Shown here in pieces: positions 28,116 through 32,973 of a stretch of 32,973 nucleotides of DNA; the first letter of the stretch is position 1, and each line of letters begins with the position of its first letter. The stretch is from Terrimesophilobacter sp. (GTDB lineage: Bacteria > Actinomycetota > Actinomycetes > Actinomycetales > Microbacteriaceae), in the NCBI GenBank assembly GCA_039925105.1, contig JBDSZO010000089.1, forward strand, positions 1 through 32,973, given 5' to 3'. A model generated the notes under the pieces. That model saw only the letters and a list, made by a program, of their open reading frames with translations. It ran no database searches and had not been told where the DNA came from. A program made the translations under genes and the position numbers.

Positions 28116-28177
28116 CTCTAGTGGGGATATCGAGTTGCGCGGGGGGCGCAGCCGATTTCCATGAAAGGGGGGGGTAC

Positions 28178-28978
28178 ATGTCACTCGACACCATGACCCC
28201 TGCCGCGACGCGCCAGGGCACTCATTCCGCAGGCACAGCCATCACAAGCTCAGGAACAGACAGAGCGGACTTCACAAACCCGGAGTTTGAACAGATCCAG
28301 CAAACGGCGCAGATCATCATCGCCGGCTGGTATCCGGATCCATCCGACGTTGAATCACTCCGTTGGTGGGATGGCGCCACCTGGACGGCAGAGGTTAAAG
28401 AGCGTCGCCCGATCACAGCACCAACGGCCATCGCCAAGCCCACAGGATCAACCAATGCTTTCCCGCCGGTCGCGATCCGCGCCGACGCAAGCCTGCCGCC
28501 CATCGACCCGTACCGTCCGAGAGATCGACACGAGCATGACACCTACGTGCCGATGGCCTCACTTTCCAATAACCTCCGGCTCGGACCCACCCACACCTAC
28601 ACGGCGTCCGTGTGGTGGCTGGCAACCCTGCCAGTCTGGTCAACGGCTATCGTTGTGGCACTCGTTGTCGGTCTCGGTTCGTTCTACTCGGGCTTCCTGC
28701 AACTGTTCACGGCACTGATCGTGTTGTTCATTTCCGCAGCGATCACCATCCATGACCGTAAAGTTTTGCTCGCCGACAACCACCCGACCGCAGCATCCAC
28801 ACTGTGGTTCCTTTTGTCACCGTTGGCCTACCTGATCGCCCGCGGAGTGCACGTTCACCGCTCGATGGGCCGCGGATGGGCTCCGGTCGTTATGTACTTG
28901 ATCTGCTCTGTCGTTCCAGCCGCGGCGGTCATATCGATCACCTTCCTGCTGACCCTCGCAGTCAACTTCCTTCGCTGA
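28178..28978 (+). CDS. DUF2510 membrane protein, copy 2
   Basis: AGWYPDP....LRWWDGATWT and an about 4-TM C-terminal domain. ATG 28178. Confidence 0.85.
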   Translation: MSLDTMTPAATRQGTHSAGTAITSSGTDRADFTNPEFEQIQQTAQIIIAGWYPDPSDVESLRWWDGATWTAEVKERRPITAPTAIAKPTGSTNAFPPVAIRADASLPPIDPYRPRDRHEHDTYVPMASLSNNLRLGPTHTYTASVWWLATLPVWSTAIVVALVVGLGSFYSGFLQLFTALIVLFISAAITIHDRKVLLADNHPTAASTLWFLLSPLAYLIARGVHVHRSMGRGWAPVVMYLICSVVPAAAVISITFLLTLAVNFLR

Positions 28979-29042
28979 CCGCTCAGGAGTTCGCGATCCG
29001 CACCCCTCGGCGCCGCGACGCAACCCGGCCTACGCTGGAAAC

Positions 29043-29537
29043 ATGCAGCTGAGCACTATTGCCCTGACCACCATCGACGGGACCCATACCACCTTCGGCG
29101 ACTATGTCGGTGGTGCCGTGTTGGTCGTCAATGTAGCCTCCAAGTGCGGATTCACTCCGCAGTACGCCGGACTGCAGGAACTGTATGAGCGCTACGGTGA
29201 GCGCGGATTGAGCGTCCTCGGGTTCCCGTGCAACCAATTCAAAGGCCAGGAACCGGGCAGTTCAGAAGCCATTCAGGAGTTCTGCTCCGTGAACTTTGGC
29301 GTCACATTCCCCCTGTTCGCCAAAGTGGATGTCAACGGCGAAAGCCAACACCCGCTCTTCACACAACTCACGCAGGCCGCAGACGACAACGGCAAGGCCG
29401 GACCAATCAAATGGAACTTCGAAAAGTTTCTGGTGTCCTCCTCCGGAGACGTACGCCGATTTCGCAGCATGACGAAACCAAGCTCACAGCGGATCACCGG
29501 TGCGATCGAGGATGCGCTCGCGTCGTCAGTGGCTTAA
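29043..29537 (+). CDS. Glutathione peroxidase family (Cys-type)
   Basis: VVNVASKCGFTPQY, LGFPCNQF..QEPG, IKWNFEKFLV. Confidence 0.95.
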   Translation: MQLSTIALTTIDGTHTTFGDYVGGAVLVVNVASKCGFTPQYAGLQELYERYGERGLSVLGFPCNQFKGQEPGSSEAIQEFCSVNFGVTFPLFAKVDVNGESQHPLFTQLTQAADDNGKAGPIKWNFEKFLVSSSGDVRRFRSMTKPSSQRITGAIEDALASSVA

Positions 29538-30124
29538 GGCATCTTTTTCTGCGGGTACGGCAACTCGTGCCTTACAAGCTGTTCGACGAATCCCGCGATC
29601 TTGCGTTGGCGCGCTGCAGCAGTCTTCAGCTGGCTCAACCGAAAGTACAGTGCGAAACGATTCTGCGACGTCAACACGTCGTACATGGCTTGCGCCTTCG
29701 GCGCCGCAGCAATCGCGGCCAACAGGTCGGCCGGCGCCTCGGCTGTTGCCGGACCCGTGTACGCTCGCTCCCATCTGCCATCCGCCTTCGCTGCCTCCAC
29801 CGCCGCCCACCCGGCCGGCTGCATGCGACCCTCGGAATCGAGCCGGGTGATGTGGTCGACGTTGCGGAGCGACCACATGCTGCGCGGCCCACGCGGTTGG
29901 AAACGCTGGAACGTGCTCTGCTCATCCCGACGCCCCGCCTGGGCGTCGATCCACCCGACGCACAGCGCCTCATCGAGCGCATCGACATAGAACAACGCCG
30001 TTACTGAGCCACCCTTTCGAGACAGGATGAGCCGCACGCCAGGCGAGGAATCATGATGACGCTGAAGCCAGCTCCGCCACTCGTCAGCATCGGCAACAAG
30101 AAGCTCAGGAAATTCGGTGGGCAT
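29534..30124 (-). CDS. YdeI/OmdA-family protein
   Basis: WRSWL..HH, ALDEALCVGWID, PR.PRSMWS..N, GRMQPAG, APADL..AI, TAAARQRKI. Start moved to ATG 30124. Confidence 0.88.
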   Translation of the reverse strand: MPTEFPELLVADADEWRSWLQRHHDSSPGVRLILSRKGGSVTALFYVDALDEALCVGWIDAQAGRRDEQSTFQRFQPRGPRSMWSLRNVDHITRLDSEGRMQPAGWAAVEAAKADGRWERAYTGPATAEAPADLLAAIAAAPKAQAMYDVLTSQNRFALYFRLSQLKTAAARQRKIAGFVEQLVRHELPYPQKKMP

Positions 30125-30221
30125 ACGCCAGAGTATCGAGTGCCACTGACCCTCGTACCACTTGGCGTCGCTACTCGTTGGTTTCGCAGCGGCCAGCCCA
30201 AGCGGTAGGTAGGCTTGAATC

Positions 30222-30506
30222 ATGAGCAGGGAACTCGCCAACAACACCGAGACCAACCGCTATACGCTGCACATCGACGGCAGCCTGGCCAGCGCGGTTG
30301 ACTACCAGATCCGCGGAAAATCGATCTCGTTCACCCATACCTTCACCGACACGAAACGTCGCGGCCAGGGACTCGCCGGCGAAATAGTCGAGTTTGCCGT
30401 CGACGATGTTGAAAATAACACGGACTTCCGCATCGTTCCGATGTGCTGGTACGTCGGCGAATGGTTCGACAAGCATCCGGAGCGTTCAGAGCTGCTCACT
30501 CGGTAA
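30222..30506 (+). CDS. Small GNAT-family N-acetyltransferase (YjdJ-like)
   Basis: FTHTFTD...RGQGLA, IVPMCWYV..WFDKHPE. Confidence 0.88.
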   Translation: MSRELANNTETNRYTLHIDGSLASAVDYQIRGKSISFTHTFTDTKRRGQGLAGEIVEFAVDDVENNTDFRIVPMCWYVGEWFDKHPERSELLTR

Positions 30507-30524
30507 CCACTGCGTCAGCTCTAC

Positions 30525-30926
30525 TCAGGCAGTCATCAGGTCAAGCAGAGCTCGAGCGTAAGCATCCGCCGCATTATCGGCAGTGTCGAAATGCGCCAAC
30601 CCGCCGGCATAGGCGATCTCCACCCGAAAAACCGAACCGACCATTGTCAGGGATCGGAAAGAATCGCCGAGAAGTTCCCGCATCTGATCCTCACGGGGTA
30701 ACCACAGGGCGTTCTCCAGCGCCACAGAATCCAACGCCCACTCCGTCGTGCCGTTGAAACCCAGAATGGTCCCGGTGTCGAAGGTGTGGGCCTCGATGGT
30801 CATGTCGCTCACCGTGAACACTTCAGAGGCAAGCTCCGGCGACTCGATGACAAACATGTCACCAGAGACAGGTGCCCACGCCAAACCGGCACCACGCAGC
30901 AGGCGGGCGCACTCAAAGGAAATCAC
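30525..30926 (-). CDS. Conserved actinobacterial hypothetical protein
   Basis: AGL.W.P.SGD.F, FTVSDMTIE, LGFNGTTEWALDSV, ALWLPREDQ.RELLG motifs. No function can be supported. Confidence 0.78.
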   Translation of the reverse strand: MISFECARLLRGAGLAWAPVSGDMFVIESPELASEVFTVSDMTIEAHTFDTGTILGFNGTTEWALDSVALENALWLPREDQMRELLGDSFRSLTMVGSVFRVEIAYAGGLAHFDTADNAADAYARALLDLMTA

Positions 30927-31088
30927 ACCACAATGTTCCCAGCGTCACCTGAATCCCTCCCCAGAGGATCGGACCACCTCAGGCGAAGAAGAAAACAATT
31001 GTGCGTTCCTGCCGCGAATGCCCCTGAGAAGGTGGAGTTCATACCAGCCTCCGGCGCAACATCTTCGGCACTCGACGCGACGAAAATG

Positions 31089-31228
31089 CCGCGCTGGATC
31101 GGGGACGGCCGGGTGGCGTCAAAAATTGTCCCCCGGCAATCCCTGGACTTGTCCCCCATATTCGGTAGCCTCAATTGGCGACACCCCCACCAAAGGGAAC
31201 GGTTGTGCTCGGCATGACTCCCTAGACT
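31089..31228 (+). promoter_or_regulatory. Cluster of 18-bp boxes plus -10 promoter of DUF2510 copy 3
   Basis: Half-sites GGGGAC (31101-31106) and GTCCCC (31128-31133); boxes GTCCCCCATATTCGGTAG (31151-31168) and ACCCCCACCAAAGGGAAC (31183-31200); 22-nt spacer; TAGACT (31223-31228). Confidence 0.65.
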
Positions 31229-31265
31229 CGGGGGAATCCGATCTGAACCCGAGTCAGCGAAAAGG

Positions 31266-32789
31266 ATGAAGAATATGACGCCAGAGCAGCCGACATCCGT
31301 GCCACCGGGATGGTACCCGGATCCGCACGGCGTCGCAGAGTTGCGCTGGTGGGATGGCTCCGACTGGACCGATCACCTCCACAACACTGATGCGTCGGCT
31401 GAAAACGCCGAGCCAACGGCCGCCGAACCGGCATTCGCCGAACCAGCATTCGCCGAACCAGCACCCGTCGAACCAGCACCCGTCGAACCAGCACCCTTTG
31501 AACCAGCACCCTTTGAACACAGTGCGGCGCAGCCCGCGGAAGTCACCCCCGCAGAACCGGTCACCCTCGCTCCGGTAGCTGTTGACCCGGCCGCTGTAGA
31601 CCCGGCAGCTGTAGATCCTGCACTGGACTTCCCACCGCCGGAATATCACCCACTCGGACAGGTCGAGGATGACTTCGGCACCCCAGTGTTCGATCTGGGC
31701 TACGAACCAACTCCTGCTGCAGCGCACGAAGTCGTTCCGGATGCGCCCTCCCCAATGCATGACCTGTTTTCCATGGAGACGCCGGTTGAGGAAGCTGCGA
31801 CCGCGGCACCCGAGGTCGACGCGCCGGGGACCGAACTTCCGCAGCTGCCAGAACCTGTACCCGCCGAGCCCTTTGCCGCCGAGCCCTTTTCCGCCGAGCC
31901 TTTTGCCGCAGCACCTAGTGCCGGGGCACCTATTGAGGCTGAACCAACCCCAGTCACGGATCCGAACCGACTCCCTTCTCGTCGCGAGCTGCGCGAACGC
32001 GGTGGGACCCTCGCTGAACCATTGCCGGTGCACGACGCGCCAGTTCCTGAGGCGCCCGTATTCGACCCGGCCGAGCAGTATGCCGCACCAACGGTAGCCC
32101 CTGCACAACCGGCAGCAATCTTCGATACCTCAGTGCCAACGTCGTTTGACTGGACTGCAGACGCACCCGATACTCCTCCGGCAGATCCAGAATTCAGCGC
32201 CATGCCAACTTTGGACCCTGTTTCGCTCGCGCCGGAAACTCCGGAAACGTTCACACCCGAGCAGATGCCCCTACCGACACAGGTCGTGCCAGAACCTGCC
32301 GCCGCCTGGAGTGCTCACAACGCGCCATCGGTACTCCCTGTGGTTGAGATTCCTTTGCCCACTCTGCGATCGTCAACGATCTCGGGCTGGCTGATCGCCT
32401 TCATGCCACTGATCGCCGGAATCCTGAGCCTCGGAGCGGTGAAGGGCGCCGAAAATTACCCGCGTTACGCACCAGCAGGGGTGAGTTGGTGGATGCTCGT
32501 CGGAGGGGTGCTCGTCATCCTCTACCTGATTACGGCCGTGCTGGCTGTCGCCGACCGCAGGCGGCTCGATTCGTTCGGACACAGCGCACCGGCGCACTGG
32601 GCATGGGCGTTCGCGACGGCACCGGCTTACCTGACCATGCGCATGTTCGCCATCCTGCGCGAAACCGGTCGGATGACGTCGCAACTGTGGGTCTGGATTA
32701 TCCTGACTCTCGCCCTGGTCGGCGCATACCTGGCGGCGACCTATTTTGCGCCAGACCTGGTCTCGGCCTATACCCTGCCGTTCCTGTAA
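31266..32789 (+). CDS. DUF2510 membrane protein, copy 3, with long acidic Pro-rich linker
   Basis: VPPGWYPDP...LRWWDGSDWT, about 330-aa E/P/A-rich linker, about 4-TM C-terminal domain. AAAGGA RBS. Confidence 0.88.
   Translation: MKNMTPEQPTSVPPGWYPDPHGVAELRWWDGSDWTDHLHNTDASAENAEPTAAEPAFAEPAFAEPAPVEPAPVEPAPFEPAPFEHSAAQPAEVTPAEPVTLAPVAVDPAAVDPAAVDPALDFPPPEYHPLGQVEDDFGTPVFDLGYEPTPAAAHEVVPDAPSPMHDLFSMETPVEEAATAAPEVDAPGTELPQLPEPVPAEPFAAEPFSAEPFAAAPSAGAPIEAEPTPVTDPNRLPSRRELRERGGTLAEPLPVHDAPVPEAPVFDPAEQYAAPTVAPAQPAAIFDTSVPTSFDWTADAPDTPPADPEFSAMPTLDPVSLAPETPETFTPEQMPLPTQVVPEPAAAWSAHNAPSVLPVVEIPLPTLRSSTISGWLIAFMPLIAGILSLGAVKGAENYPRYAPAGVSWWMLVGGVLVILYLITAVLAVADRRRLDSFGHSAPAHWAWAFATAPAYLTMRMFAILRETGRMTSQLWVWIILTLALVGAYLAATYFAPDLVSAYTLPFL
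31422..31518 (+). repeat. In-frame 15-bp tandem repeat (about 6.5 copies; AEPAF / VEPAP / FEPAP)
   Basis: GCCGAACCGGCATTC GCCGAACCAGCATTC GCCGAACCAGCACCC GTCGAACCAGCACCC x2 TTTGAACCAGCACCC TTTGAAC. Confidence 0.92.
31578..31622 (+). repeat. In-frame 15-bp tandem repeat (3 copies; AVDPA)
   Basis: GCTGTTGACCCGGCC GCTGTAGACCCGGCA GCTGTAGATCCTGCA. Confidence 0.85.
31863..31907 (+). repeat. In-frame 15-bp tandem repeat (3 copies; AEPFA/S)
   Basis: GCCGAGCCCTTTGCC GCCGAGCCCTTTTCC GCCGAGCCTTTTGCC. Confidence 0.88.
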
Positions 32790-32857
32790 CCAGCAATCGC
32801 GTGCGGCGGATGACCACGAAGCGGCTCACGTCAGCGACTCGCAAAGAATGACCCGTT

Positions 32858-32963
32858 AAAAGGTGAGGAGGCGGTGGTTATGGAACCTGCTCGGCCTGCG
32901 AATCTACCCCCGTAATTTCGCTGCCGGCCTTGGCCCGCCACCGCCTCCGGGTGTCCCCCGTCT
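32858..32963 (-). ncRNA. Candidate structured small RNA with a GGGG apical loop
   Basis: Perfect 11-bp outer stem (32867-32877 / 32938-32948), inner GGCC/GGCC and GCGAAAUUAC/GUAGAUUCGC stems closing a GGGG loop, then UUUU on the minus strand. No credible ORF. Confidence 0.5.
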
Positions 32964-32973
32964 TGCGTGAGTC

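Noticed and set aside
27912-28184. 90-aa ORF overlapping the DarT-like start as an antitoxin
   Set aside because: It has no RBS or recognisable domain, is far too short for a DarG, and runs through the promoter boxes of the divergent gene.
29534-29537. Convergent genes sharing a TTAA stop overlap
   Set aside because: Real, but a common compact arrangement with no further signal.
29043-29537. Selenocysteine glutathione peroxidase
   Set aside because: The active-site codon is TGC (Cys) and there is no in-frame TGA.
30525-30926. Pilus assembly (CpaE-like) function
   Set aside because: There is no receiver domain or ATPase motif in 133 aa and no pilus genes nearby.
31422-31907. Tandem repeats as a CRISPR array
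   Set aside because: They are 15-bp in-frame coding repeats without unique spacers, and there are no cas genes.

Overview
High-GC actinobacterial chromosomal DNA. Gene content and style suggest Microbacteriaceae (inference). The window holds about 35 mostly single-gene units: stress and housekeeping genes (cspA, ribokinase, aspA, PiT transporter, glutathione peroxidase, MFS), DNA/RNA-handling genes (an accessory family A DNA polymerase, a HelD-type ATPase, an AlkA-type glycosylase, an orphan DarT-like protein) and several poorly characterised membrane proteins. I found no rRNA, tRNA, CRISPR array, transposase or prophage. The most notable signal is non-coding. An 18-bp quasi-palindrome (consensus about nnCCCC-N6-GGGGAC) sits 22-23 bp upstream of a -10 hexamer in front of both membrane-anchored NERD genes, two DUF2510 genes and an HD-domain fusion gene. 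Further copies lie at the third DUF2510 gene, the DUF898 gene and the DarT-like gene. These dispersed genes look like one regulon, and several carry G-rich leaders, whereas most other genes here appear leaderless. A candidate small RNA with a GGGG loop lies at the right edge. Also present are an 88-bp TGT...ACA MITE-like element and a probable frameshifted gene. All family calls come from motif recognition by eye, not from database searches.
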